From IMG/VR virus record IMGVR_UViG_3300023174_000061: DNA of 64,000 bases. One strand, written 5' to 3'. The stretch is from a virus. Below the pieces are notes generated by a model that had not been told where the DNA came from, ran no database searches, and saw only the letters and a list, made by a program, of their open reading frames with translations. Both the position numbers and the translations under genes were made by a program. Within the stretch, counting starts at the first letter, position 1. Every line of letters begins with the position of its first letter. Positions 16,985 through 26,874 of this stretch are shown here, in pieces.

Positions 16985-18363
16985 TACCTAAAAATATATT
17001 TCAATCTTGGATATCTAAAGATCTTCATCCAGAAATACAAAAAAAAGTTGATAATATAAAAAGTTTAAATCCTGAATATAATTATCAACTTTATACTGAT
17101 TCTGAAATTGATGAATTTGTAAATACTTTTTATCCAGGAGAAGTATCAGAATGTTTTAATAGATTAAATGTTCCTGTAGCAAAAGTTGATTTTTGGAGAT
17201 ATTTGGTTCTTTACAAATATGGTGGGATATATGTTGACTTAGATTCATCTATTGATATTTCTTTGAATGAACTTATAAGAGAAAATGACACTGCAATTAT
17301 TACAGCAGAAACTAATCAAAATACTTTCGTTCAGTGGGCTTTAATTTTTGATAAAGAACATCCAATTCTAAACAAAGTTATTGAATTGGTTCTTGATAAT
17401 ATTCAAAATAATTTATATCCAAATGATATATTGCAAATGACAGGACCTCAGGTTTATTCCAAGGCAATAATGTCATTGCACTACGATTTGTTTGGAGAGA
17501 ATTTAAATTTTAATAGTATTGATCGTGATACTGATATAACTTTTTCTAAAGATTTAATTTCTTATAGAATTTATGGAATTGATTACAATAATAAATTTAC
17601 TTTTAAGTTTCCAGAAAGTGAGTATCTTTATTATGAAAAAGAACCTTGGAGAAATGAATTAGCAAAGAAAGAACTTTTACATCCAAAGTTAAATGTTGAT
17701 AATATCTATATTTGTCATTATAAAAAGTTAGAGGAAAGAAAAAAATCTATTCTAGAACAATTTAAGGAAGAAAAAATTTATAGATATGAATTTGTAGAAA
17801 ATTTTGATAAGAACGAATGGAATGTTGAAGAGATAGAAGAAGAATATCCTAAAGTATTCAAAGAATGGAAAAAAGGATTGGATTCTTATGACGATAATTC
17901 TCAAAATTCCGAAAGATCTTTGGCATTAAAACATGCATTTATATTAAAGGATATTTTTAAAAAACAATATGAAACAACTTTAATCTTGGAAGATGATGCC
18001 ACTTTATGCGATGATTTTGTAAATTATTGCAATCTTTTTATATCTCAACTTCCAGATGATTGGGATGTTGCTTGGGTTGGATCTTGTTTGAATTTGCACG
18101 AACCAAGTATTGATGGCAAATATGTTTATAAAACAAGTAGAGGATCTAGGTGTACTCATGCATTTTTAGTCAGTAAATCAATGGTAAATAAAGTAATAGA
18201 TTGTATATCTGATATTAATCTACCTTCAGATCACTTTTATAATTATTTGATTGAAAAATTCAATTTAAATAATTATTGGTTTGAACCATCACTGGCTATA
18301 CAAAGTCTAGATTTTTGTTCTGCTATTTCTGGTAATTACTGGAATTCAAATAATATAAATTAA
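16981..18363 (+). CDS. Bifunctional glycosyltransferase: GT32 (OCH1-like DxD) + GT25-like
   Basis: IPKNIFQSW, DFWRYLVLYKYGGIYVDLD and TGP. Second domain has SLALKH, LILEDD and THAFLVS. Confidence 0.85.
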   Translation: MIPKNIFQSWISKDLHPEIQKKVDNIKSLNPEYNYQLYTDSEIDEFVNTFYPGEVSECFNRLNVPVAKVDFWRYLVLYKYGGIYVDLDSSIDISLNELIRENDTAIITAETNQNTFVQWALIFDKEHPILNKVIELVLDNIQNNLYPNDILQMTGPQVYSKAIMSLHYDLFGENLNFNSIDRDTDITFSKDLISYRIYGIDYNNKFTFKFPESEYLYYEKEPWRNELAKKELLHPKLNVDNIYICHYKKLEERKKSILEQFKEEKIYRYEFVENFDKNEWNVEEIEEEYPKVFKEWKKGLDSYDDNSQNSERSLALKHAFILKDIFKKQYETTLILEDDATLCDDFVNYCNLFISQLPDDWDVAWVGSCLNLHEPSIDGKYVYKTSRGSRCTHAFLVSKSMVNKVIDCISDINLPSDHFYNYLIEKFNLNNYWFEPSLAIQSLDFCSAISGNYWNSNNIN

Positions 18364-18371
18364 TTTTAACT

Positions 18372-19217
18372 ATGAAAATATGTTTCTCTGATTTTTGGTC
18401 TCCTTTTGATCCAAACAATAACTTTTTTACTCATCTTTTAAATCAATCTTTTGAGAATGTTGAAGTTGTAAATCCAGAAGATGCTGATGTAATGTTTTTC
18501 AGTGTTTTTGGAATGGAAAATAATTTATATAAAAATTGTAAAAAAATATTTTTTACTGGTGAAAATATAAGACCAAATTTTAATAAGTGTGATTATTCAC
18601 TCACATTTGATTTTGATGATTATGAAGGAAAGAATTTTCGTCTTCCTCTTTGGTATCTTTATATTGATTGGTTTAATGTAAAGACCTATGATAATCCTGA
18701 ATGGTTAATTCCAGAGTCTTATCTTTATGGTGAAAATGAATTCACTCAAAAACCAAAAGACAAATTTTGTTCGATTGTTTTTGGTAAAGTGGTTGAATCT
18801 AGATTAAATGCAATTCAAAAAATTTCTGAATATAAAAAAGTAGATATTTTTGGCAAAGCAAATCCAGAATACCATCTTCCAGATGGAGAAAAACATAAAT
18901 TAGATTTAATTTCAAATTATAAGTTTTCTCTTTGCTATGAAAATTCTGTTACACCAGGTTATCATACTGAAAAATTACTTCATGGAAAAATTGCTGGAAA
19001 TATTCCAATTTATTATGGTGACAAAACTGTTTGTAAAGATTTTAATTCAAAGTGTTTTGTTAATACAGTAAATATGTCTGATGAAGAATTGATTGAAATA
19101 ATTAAACAAATTGATACAAATAAAAAATTGTATGATAGAATGAATTCTGAACCTTTATTTGAAAATAAAATTTCTCTTGAACCATTAATTAAAAATCTTT
19201 ATAATATTTTAAAATGA
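18372..19217 (+). CDS. GT10-family alpha-1,3/4-fucosyltransferase
   Basis: IFFTGEN and YKFSLCYENS...GYHTEKL......IPIYYG. Confidence 0.88.
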   Translation: MKICFSDFWSPFDPNNNFFTHLLNQSFENVEVVNPEDADVMFFSVFGMENNLYKNCKKIFFTGENIRPNFNKCDYSLTFDFDDYEGKNFRLPLWYLYIDWFNVKTYDNPEWLIPESYLYGENEFTQKPKDKFCSIVFGKVVESRLNAIQKISEYKKVDIFGKANPEYHLPDGEKHKLDLISNYKFSLCYENSVTPGYHTEKLLHGKIAGNIPIYYGDKTVCKDFNSKCFVNTVNMSDEELIEIIKQIDTNKKLYDRMNSEPLFENKISLEPLIKNLYNILK

Positions 19218-19942
19218 ATTTACATCTAATTTCTTTTGGTGCTCCTGAACAAAAATATGCTTATACTAGAAATAGATTTTATAATGAAGCATTGAATCTA
19301 GGAGTTTTTAAATCTATTAAAGTTCTTTCTGACATTGAATCTTTTGATTATACCAAAGAGTTGTTGGACCATAAAGATTTTCTTTATTCTACTAGGGGAT
19401 TTGGTTATTGGATATGGAAATATTTTTTAGTATCAGAGATGATGAAAGAGATAGAGTCTGATGATATTTTGATGTATTGTGATTCTGGATGCACTTTAAA
19501 CCCAAATGGTTTGAATAGATTGCAATATTATGTAAATGTTGCATATGAAAAAGGTTCTTTAGTTTTTGATGTTGGGCATCCAGAATTCAAATATACAAAA
19601 ATGGATACATATAAAAGAGTATTTGAAAATGATTTTGAAAATTTAGAAACAAATCAAATTTGTGCAACAGCATTCTTTTTAAAAAATAATGATACAAATA
19701 AAAAAATAATAGAAGAAATAAAAAAAATTTCAACTGAAAACAAATATCATTATGTTTCTGATGCTATATCTAATTTAGAAAATGATTCTAGATTTTTAGA
19801 ACATCGTCACGACCAATCAATATTTTCTCTTATTTCAAAAAAAAATAATTTTTTTGTTATAAATGATGAAACATATTGGAATCCAGACTGGAATGTCTCT
19901 GGAAAAAATTATCCAATTTGGGCAACAAGATTTAGGCCATGA
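19214..19942 (+). CDS. Putative glycosyltransferase
   Basis: RGFGYWIWK, YCDSG and EHRHDQSI motifs. Confidence 0.65.
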   Translation: MNLHLISFGAPEQKYAYTRNRFYNEALNLGVFKSIKVLSDIESFDYTKELLDHKDFLYSTRGFGYWIWKYFLVSEMMKEIESDDILMYCDSGCTLNPNGLNRLQYYVNVAYEKGSLVFDVGHPEFKYTKMDTYKRVFENDFENLETNQICATAFFLKNNDTNKKIIEEIKKISTENKYHYVSDAISNLENDSRFLEHRHDQSIFSLISKKNNFFVINDETYWNPDWNVSGKNYPIWATRFRP

Positions 19943-21051
19943 AAGTTATTAAAAGAAAAAATTGTGCAATTACCAAAAGTGAAAATTTAACAGAAGTTTT
20001 TACTTTTAAAAATTTTCCTATTTTTATGGGTTGTGTTGATTTTAATGATGATAATCTTGATCAATACTATAATATGAAATGGGGAGTATCAGATAAAGGA
20101 ATAATTCAATTGATGGAATTACTTCCTCTAGATCTTCTTTATTATAATCACCATACACCAGGAACTGTAGGAAAAACTTGGGAATTGCATCATAAAAAAT
20201 TTGCTGATTTTATCAAAAAAAGTAATCCAAAAAATATTTTAGAAATAGGTGGTGCTACAGGAAAACTAGTAAATCATTTCATTTCTACTAATGAAGATTT
20301 TTCTTGGAACATTATCGAACCATCAGAACAAAAAAGTAAAGATTCTAGAGTTAAATTCTTTCGTGGTTTTTTTGAAGAGTTTGAATTTAATCAAAAATTT
20401 GATGCAGTAATTCATTCTCATCTTTGTGAACACGTTTATGAACCACATACATTTTTTAATAAAATAAATTCAATTTTAGAGATTGGTGGTATTCAATATA
20501 TTTCAATACCAAATATGAAACATTGGATTTCTATGGGATATTTAAATACACTTAATTTTGAACATACTTTTTATATCGATGAATATGTGTTGGAATATAT
20601 TTTGTGGCAATACGATTTTGAAATAGAAGAAAAAGAAATTGACAATCATTCAATCTTTATAAAAGCAGTAAAAAAAGAAAAAAATAATTCTTTATATGAG
20701 TTTGATTTTTCATATATCAAACCGATGTTTGATAATTATATTAAAAAATTGAGTGATGATGTTGAATATATTAATTCAAAACTAAGTGGAGAAAAATTTT
20801 ATCTTTTTGGTGCTCATATTTTTTCTCAATATTTAATTTCTATGGGAATTAATAAAAATCAAATTATCAATATCCTTGATAATGATTTTAATAAACAAAA
20901 GAAACGAATGTATGGAACAAACATTACTGTAAAATCTCCTCAAATATTAAAAAATATTGACAAACCAATTATAGTATTGAGAACTGGAATATATGATAAT
21001 GAAATAAAAGAAAAAATACTGCAAATAAATTCATCTTCTATTTTCTATTAA
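19939..21051 (+). CDS. SAM-dependent sugar (C-)methyltransferase-like protein
   Basis: ILEIGGATG, SHLCEH, FEHTFY and C-terminal FGA...ILDND..KQ...MYGT. Confidence 0.75.
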   Translation: MKVIKRKNCAITKSENLTEVFTFKNFPIFMGCVDFNDDNLDQYYNMKWGVSDKGIIQLMELLPLDLLYYNHHTPGTVGKTWELHHKKFADFIKKSNPKNILEIGGATGKLVNHFISTNEDFSWNIIEPSEQKSKDSRVKFFRGFFEEFEFNQKFDAVIHSHLCEHVYEPHTFFNKINSILEIGGIQYISIPNMKHWISMGYLNTLNFEHTFYIDEYVLEYILWQYDFEIEEKEIDNHSIFIKAVKKEKNNSLYEFDFSYIKPMFDNYIKKLSDDVEYINSKLSGEKFYLFGAHIFSQYLISMGINKNQIINILDNDFNKQKKRMYGTNITVKSPQILKNIDKPIIVLRTGIYDNEIKEKILQINSSSIFY

Positions 21052-21068
21052 TTAAAGGAATTTTACTT

Positions 21069-21740
21069 ATGAAACTTGCTATTTGTTTTTATGGATATCC
21101 GAGATTTTATGAAACTGGATATCAAACTACTAAAAAATTATATGAAGGTTGTAATTTGGAATATTATGCTAATTTTTGGGGAGATGGAAAAGAATTAGAT
21201 CAAATTACTAGTCTTTTTAATTTTAAAAAAATAGAAATGCAACCACAAATGGAAAAATTTAAAGAAATATCTTGTAATCCAAATCTATCAAAAACTTCCA
21301 AAGATTTATTTACTACAATTTCTCCACTATATTCAATTCAAAAATTGCATAATTTAATAAAAGAATCAGATGAAGATTACGATTTTTGGATTTTGACAAG
21401 AACTGATATTGGTGTTGATTTTGATTTTTATTTAAATAGTATTGAGTATGATAAAACTAAAATATATTCTTCATATGTAAGGGGAAATGAATGGTTAAAT
21501 ACCCATATAGATACAAAATTTATAATGTGCGACAAAAAAAATATTTTAAACTTGACAAATATATACGAAAATTTGGACCATTATATCTGTAATAAAAATA
21601 TTCCATTATGCCACCATCGTTTATTTTTTAATTCTCTTTTAGAATATGGAAGTGATATGGAAATGATCATGGCCAATCCCAATGATGATTATGCTGGCGG
21701 ATGGAGATTTATAAGAAATAATGAAATGAAAATTTCATGA
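21069..21740 (+). CDS. Glycan-island hypothetical protein (GT-like; MKLAICFYG..R / TRTD family)
   Basis: N-terminal pattern and YD...TR.D motif shared with the next two ORFs. Confidence 0.6.
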   Translation: MKLAICFYGYPRFYETGYQTTKKLYEGCNLEYYANFWGDGKELDQITSLFNFKKIEMQPQMEKFKEISCNPNLSKTSKDLFTTISPLYSIQKLHNLIKESDEDYDFWILTRTDIGVDFDFYLNSIEYDKTKIYSSYVRGNEWLNTHIDTKFIMCDKKNILNLTNIYENLDHYICNKNIPLCHHRLFFNSLLEYGSDMEMIMANPNDDYAGGWRFIRNNEMKIS

Positions 21741-22474
21741 AAAATTTAAAGATTTGCATTTTGATAATTGGTAGATTGGATACCTTTGAAACTTGTTATG
21801 AATCTTTACACAAATATATTTTAGAACCACTTAATGTGGATGTATTTTTTTCTGGATATCCAAATTTTCTTGGGTTGGAATATTGTGAAAATAAAATTGA
21901 AGAATTGTGGAAACCAAAAAAATATTGTTTAAGAGACTATACTGATATTATTAGAAAATAAATTCATTTGGATGATTCGAGATTTATAAGAAAAAGGTCA
22001 GAATGTACTCCACATACTTGGTTGAGTGGAATGTATAATCTTAAAATTTCCAATAAATTAAAAAATGAATATGAGAAAGAAAATAATTTTAAATATGATA
22101 TTTGTATAAAATCTAGAACAGATGCAATTTGGCATAGTTATATAACAAATGAAGAAATTGATTTGGTTCTCAAAGATTCAAAAAATATTTTGATTCCTAC
22201 TGCATGGGATTTTAAAGAAGTACATAATTTAGGTTGTTCTGATGTTTCTTGTGTAACTTCTTCACATGGAATGGATATATATTCATCTTGTATAGACTTT
22301 ATAGATGAATATTATGATTCTGGAGAAGTATTTCATCCAGAAAGTCTTCTTGGTATTCATATTAATAATTTTTTAAATAGAATATCAATAAAAACTGGAA
22401 TTGATCCATATACAAACCAACCTAATCAATCTGGATGGTGTGTTGTTGATCCAAATAGAAAAAAATCTTTTTAA
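21737..22474 (+). pseudogene. GT-like gene interrupted by a single in-frame TAA (21959-21961)
   Basis: 21737..21961 and 21968..22474 are in the same frame. The joined product matches its paralogous neighbours in size and motifs (KICILIIGR..., YDICIKSRTD). Confidence 0.65.
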
Positions 22475-22481
22475 TAAAAAA

Positions 22482-23276
22482 ATGAAAATAGCATTATTAA
22501 TTTGTGGTCAAATGAGAACTTTTGATCACCCAAAAGTATTAAAATATTTAAATCAATTTATTGAAAAGTTTAATTGTGATGTATTTTTGTCAACTTGGAA
22601 TAATAGAGGAATATCTGTTTGGAGTGAACATGCTTTAAAAGAACAAGCAGATATTCAAAATCAAGAAAAAAATAAATCAATCAGTTTAGACCATATTAAC
22701 TTAATTCCTAATATTAAAAAATATACAATAGATGATTATGAAGAATTCATTAACAATCAATCTAATGGTGAAATAAAATCATTTTTAAATCAAAGTTCAG
22801 ATACTTTGTATCACTCAAAAGCAACTAGTATTCCTTCTTTATATAAATTGTATTCTACATACCAACTACTTGAAGAATACGAAAAAGAAAATAAAATTAA
22901 ATATGATATTGTAATTAAAACCAGACCAGATTTTTTACATGTTCATACTGACATAGAAAAATATTTTGATAGAATTGATGACACTTTATTTCATATTAAT
23001 ACTGGCATATCTTATTGTCCAGATAGGGTGTATGAAATGTTTTTTCTTTCGTCGTCAAGTATTATGAAAACAGTTTGTGAATCTTGGTTAAACTTTAATC
23101 AATTGGTTGGTACTGATTATTCTTTGCATATGGCTAGATTGGATGCTTGTAGATTGGTCTATTCTCAGTGCATTCTAAATAATATTAAGATAGACACATT
23201 TGATAAGGTTCTTGGTGATGTTCTGAGAATAGAAAATTACTCAGACTACCAATCTTTCGAAAATATGTTTATTTGA
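22482..23276 (+). CDS. Glycan-island hypothetical protein (GT-like; MKIALLICGQMR / YDIVIKTRPD)
   Basis: Motifs paralogous to the 21069 and 21737 ORFs. Confidence 0.65.
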   Translation: MKIALLICGQMRTFDHPKVLKYLNQFIEKFNCDVFLSTWNNRGISVWSEHALKEQADIQNQEKNKSISLDHINLIPNIKKYTIDDYEEFINNQSNGEIKSFLNQSSDTLYHSKATSIPSLYKLYSTYQLLEEYEKENKIKYDIVIKTRPDFLHVHTDIEKYFDRIDDTLFHINTGISYCPDRVYEMFFLSSSSIMKTVCESWLNFNQLVGTDYSLHMARLDACRLVYSQCILNNIKIDTFDKVLGDVLRIENYSDYQSFENMFI

Positions 23277-23305
23277 TTGACATTTTTTGTTTTTTATTTT
23301 AAAAT
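23277..23305 (+). promoter_or_regulatory. Sigma70-type promoter for the NTP-transferase/RibB sub-operon
   Basis: TTGACA-N17-TAAAAT. Confidence 0.6.
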
Positions 23306-23324
23306 TTTTTTATAACCCTTGTAT

Positions 23325-24758
23325 ATGACTATGAACATTTTATTTCCAATCGCAGGTCTTGGAACTCGTTTTAAATCAAATGGTTACAATGAACCAAAAC
23401 CATTTGTAGATGTAAAAGGAAAACCATTAATTGAATGGGCAATTTCCTCAATCAATCTTCCTGGAAAATATTACATTATTGTTAATGGTCTTCCAGCAAA
23501 ATACATTCAAGTTCTTACTGATATTAAGAACAAATATTATTTGGATATGGAAATTATTGATATTGGACATTCTACTAGAGGACAAGCAGAAACTTGTCTT
23601 CTTGCATTAGAAACTGGAAAAATTGATCTTTCTGAACCACTGGTTATTACAAATTGTGATCAGTATACTCCTTGGAATCCTAATAAGTTTATTAAATTTA
23701 TTAAAGAAACAGACTGTGATGGAGTAGTTTCTACATATGATCATTCGGATGTTGTTGTTGGTGAGGAAAGTAGATATAGTCATATTGAACTCGATGAAAA
23801 TGGTTATGCAACTAGACTTGCTGAAAAAGTTGCAATTTCTCCCTGGTCTTTGAATGGAATTTTCTACTGGAAGAATGCAAACCTTTTTGTTGAAAGTGCA
23901 AAGAACCTTATGACTGATGATTCGGATGCAGGATGGTCATCTGGTAAAGTTTCTTGTGTTAAAGAAAAATATGTTGCTTTGACTTATAATTATTTGATTA
24001 AGGATGGTTATAAGATTAAAAACTATCATATGGAATGTGATGATTTTGTGTCCCTTGGAAGTCCTGGAGAAATTATTTTGAATCTTAAGCAATCGAATGT
24101 AAAACAAGCTGTTGAAGATATTCGCAATGGTAAACCAATTGTTATGGTTGATGATTATGATCGTGAATTTGAAGGAGATATTGTATTTGCAGCAGAAAAA
24201 GCAACCGAAGAAAATCTTCTTTTTGCTATGAGACACGCAAGAGGATTGATGTGCCTTCCTTGCAATCAGGAAAAACTGGATCAACTTGAAATTCCTATGA
24301 TGAATTGCAATTCAATGGATAAGTATGGAACTCCTTTTGCAACTAGTATTGATGCAGTAGAAGGTGCTACTACTGGTATGTCCGTTGGTGATCGTCTTGC
24401 TACTATCAATACCTTCTGCTCTGATGAATCTAAACCAAGTTCTCTTGCACAACCTGGTCACTTATTCCCTCTCCGTGCCCGTCCTGGTCTTCTGTCTGAA
24501 CGTAGAGGTCACACTGAGGGATGCGTTGAAATTCTCCGTTTAGCAGGTATGAAGGAGGTTGGAGTTATTATTGAAATTATGGATGAATATGGAAAAATGA
24601 TTAAGGGTGATACTCTCCGTCAGTTTGCTAAGATTTATAATCTTACTTTTGTTTCAATTGAAGAACTTCATGATGAAGTTTATAGCAAGTCTGAATCTGG
24701 AAGAGTTCCTCTTTCTTCTGTTAGCAAAGAAACCTTAGAAAATATGATGAAGATTTGA
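23325..24758 (+). CDS. Sugar-phosphate nucleotidyltransferase fused to RibB (3,4-dihydroxy-2-butanone-4-phosphate synthase)
   Basis: N-terminal PIAGLGTRF...PKP, TRGQAET, NCDQ and EK. C-terminal DDYDREFEGD, GLMC, TTGMS..DR, PGHLFPL and RRGHTE. Confidence 0.88.
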   Translation: MTMNILFPIAGLGTRFKSNGYNEPKPFVDVKGKPLIEWAISSINLPGKYYIIVNGLPAKYIQVLTDIKNKYYLDMEIIDIGHSTRGQAETCLLALETGKIDLSEPLVITNCDQYTPWNPNKFIKFIKETDCDGVVSTYDHSDVVVGEESRYSHIELDENGYATRLAEKVAISPWSLNGIFYWKNANLFVESAKNLMTDDSDAGWSSGKVSCVKEKYVALTYNYLIKDGYKIKNYHMECDDFVSLGSPGEIILNLKQSNVKQAVEDIRNGKPIVMVDDYDREFEGDIVFAAEKATEENLLFAMRHARGLMCLPCNQEKLDQLEIPMMNCNSMDKYGTPFATSIDAVEGATTGMSVGDRLATINTFCSDESKPSSLAQPGHLFPLRARPGLLSERRGHTEGCVEILRLAGMKEVGVIIEIMDEYGKMIKGDTLRQFAKIYNLTFVSIEELHDEVYSKSESGRVPLSSVSKETLENMMKI

Positions 24759-25723
24759 TGGACTTTACAACTAGAGCTTATAATAGTTTTGAATTTAATT
24801 CAAAAACAAAAGCAAGTATTATTAAATCTAGTGAAGAAGATCGTCTTCTTGGGGAGATTGAATACTATCAAAATCTCCCTAAGGATATTCAAGTTTATTT
24901 TCCAAGAATGTTGAATTATTCAACTGATGAAAAAATTTATCAGATGGAACTTGAATATTATGCTTATGGAAATTTGGGAAATGTTATGACAAATCAGGAT
25001 TATAATCCTGATTTTTGGACTAAAGTTTTTGACTTTATTTTTTCTTACATCAATAACTATAAGGAATCTACTTCCGTTCTTGCATCTAAAGAAGACTCTT
25101 TATTGATGTTTGTGGATAAGACAGAGAAAGAATACATTAATTTGATGTATAAGTTTGATTTTTTCTCTCAATTTAGAAATACAAAAGAATTTGTATTTAA
25201 TGGTAAGATTTTAAAATCCTTTGATGTTATTTGGGAAAAAATTAAATCTTATATTGAAACATCAATATGTGATGATAAATTTCATTTTATTCATGGTGAT
25301 CTTTGTTTTAGTAATATTCTTTATGGAGTAAATGATATTACCAATGATGTGATTTTAAAATTCATTGATCCTAGAGGAGTTTTTGGTAAAACAAAATTCT
25401 TCGGTGATTCATATTATGATCTTGCAAAAATATCACATTCATGTAATGGTGGTTATGAATTTTTTATCTATGATAAGTTTGATGTTTCAAATGTAGGTAA
25501 TCAATTCAAACTTTCTTTTCATAATGAGCAAAGAAAAAATGATATTAATAATAAATTTTTATCTATTTCTGATGAGTATAAATTTGATTATAATAAGATA
25601 AAATTAATTGAAGGTCTTATCTTTGTTGGAATGTGTGCAAGACACTATGACAATTTAGATAGACAAAAAGCAATGTTGATGACTGGACTTAATATTTTAA
25701 ACAATGTCTACGAAAATTTATAA
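24758..25723 (+). CDS. APH/choline-kinase-like sugar phosphotransferase
   Basis: RAYN, IIKSS, HGDLCFSNIL, IDPRG.FG, YDLAK..HS. Confidence 0.82.
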   Translation: MDFTTRAYNSFEFNSKTKASIIKSSEEDRLLGEIEYYQNLPKDIQVYFPRMLNYSTDEKIYQMELEYYAYGNLGNVMTNQDYNPDFWTKVFDFIFSYINNYKESTSVLASKEDSLLMFVDKTEKEYINLMYKFDFFSQFRNTKEFVFNGKILKSFDVIWEKIKSYIETSICDDKFHFIHGDLCFSNILYGVNDITNDVILKFIDPRGVFGKTKFFGDSYYDLAKISHSCNGGYEFFIYDKFDVSNVGNQFKLSFHNEQRKNDINNKFLSISDEYKFDYNKIKLIEGLIFVGMCARHYDNLDRQKAMLMTGLNILNNVYENL

Positions 25724-26063
25724 ATTTTGTTTTGATCTTGATGGAACAATATGCCACATTAAGAAAGAGGGACAACACTATCTTGACGTTGAACCTCTTC
25801 CTGGTGCAGTTGAGACACTGCAAAGATTGAAGTCTAAAGGTCACTACATTATTATTATGACAGCAAGAAACATGCTTACATATAATAATAATGTAGGTAA
25901 AATTATTGCCAATCAATCACCTATTGTGTTAGAATGGTTAAATAAACATCAAATTCCTTATGATGAAATTCATTTTGGAAAACCACTTGCTGACTTTTAT
26001 ATTGATGATAAAGCAATTAGATTAACTAATTGGGAAAATTTTAACAAACAAATTGGAGAATAA
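25704..26063 (+). CDS. Capsule-biosynthesis-type HAD phosphatase
   Basis: FDLDGTIC, TAR, FGKP.ADFYIDDKA. Confidence 0.88.
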   Translation: MSTKIYKFCFDLDGTICHIKKEGQHYLDVEPLPGAVETLQRLKSKGHYIIIMTARNMLTYNNNVGKIIANQSPIVLEWLNKHQIPYDEIHFGKPLADFYIDDKAIRLTNWENFNKQIGE

Positions 26064-26064
26064 A

Positions 26065-26874
26065 ATGAGAGATTTCTTTTTTGATACAGCTAACATTCCA
26101 TTTATTAAAGATACAATGGAAAAATATGGATCACAAATTGATCCAAAATGGGTGCGAGGCATAACAACAAATCCAAATGCATTCAGTAAAGTTGATATGT
26201 ATCATTTGGATGAATGGATTTCACATGCATCAGAAATGGGAAAATTGATTGCTGATATTCGTGGTGATAATGAAGGTGAGATTCATATTCAAGCACCTTA
26301 TTCATTATTAGATCCAAAGATTATTCTTGAATATGCAAAAATTATTACTGATGCAACACAAGGAAACTGTAAGGTTGGAATGAAAATTCCTCCCTTCCAA
26401 AATGTTCTTGAGTATGTTGATGAATATAATCAGTATGTAATTACTAATGTTACTGGTCTTGCAGATTCATCTACTGCTCTTAAATGTTGCACCTATAATG
26501 TTGGATATGTGAGCATCATTCCTGGTCGTATGGAAGAAGTTGGAATCGATGCAGAGTCTGCGATTGCTTTTGTAAACCAATGCAATTTTGGTAATACTCA
26601 AATTATTACTGGAAGTCAAAGAACAACTGAACAAATAATTTATTCATTCTACTTAGATACTGTCCCTACAATTGGTGAAAAGTGTTGGGGTGATATTTTT
26701 CAAGGTGATAATTTCCAACGTATTTTGGATATTGAATATGGTTATGAACCTGTTGGTCCTTTTAGTCCAACAATTTCTCAAGATAATATCAATCTTTCTC
26801 TTGCTTTCTTTGAACAAATGGATAGTCTTGGAGATACTGCTAGAAATGATTTGGAGAAAAAGATATCTTTATGA
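26065..26874 (+). CDS. Divergent transaldolase/fructose-6-phosphate-aldolase-fold protein
   Basis: FDTAN, GITTNP, KIP (Schiff-base Lys), NVT, YVS...GR. Confidence 0.78.
   Translation: MRDFFFDTANIPFIKDTMEKYGSQIDPKWVRGITTNPNAFSKVDMYHLDEWISHASEMGKLIADIRGDNEGEIHIQAPYSLLDPKIILEYAKIITDATQGNCKVGMKIPPFQNVLEYVDEYNQYVITNVTGLADSSTALKCCTYNVGYVSIIPGRMEEVGIDAESAIAFVNQCNFGNTQIITGSQRTTEQIIYSFYLDTVPTIGEKCWGDIFQGDNFQRILDIEYGYEPVGPFSPTISQDNINLSLAFFEQMDSLGDTARNDLEKKISL

Noticed and set aside
24093-24680. RibB as part of a phage riboflavin operon
   Set aside because: No ribA/D/H/E is in the window and the domain is fused to a sugar nucleotidyltransferase. This cannot be fully excluded without the rest of the genome.
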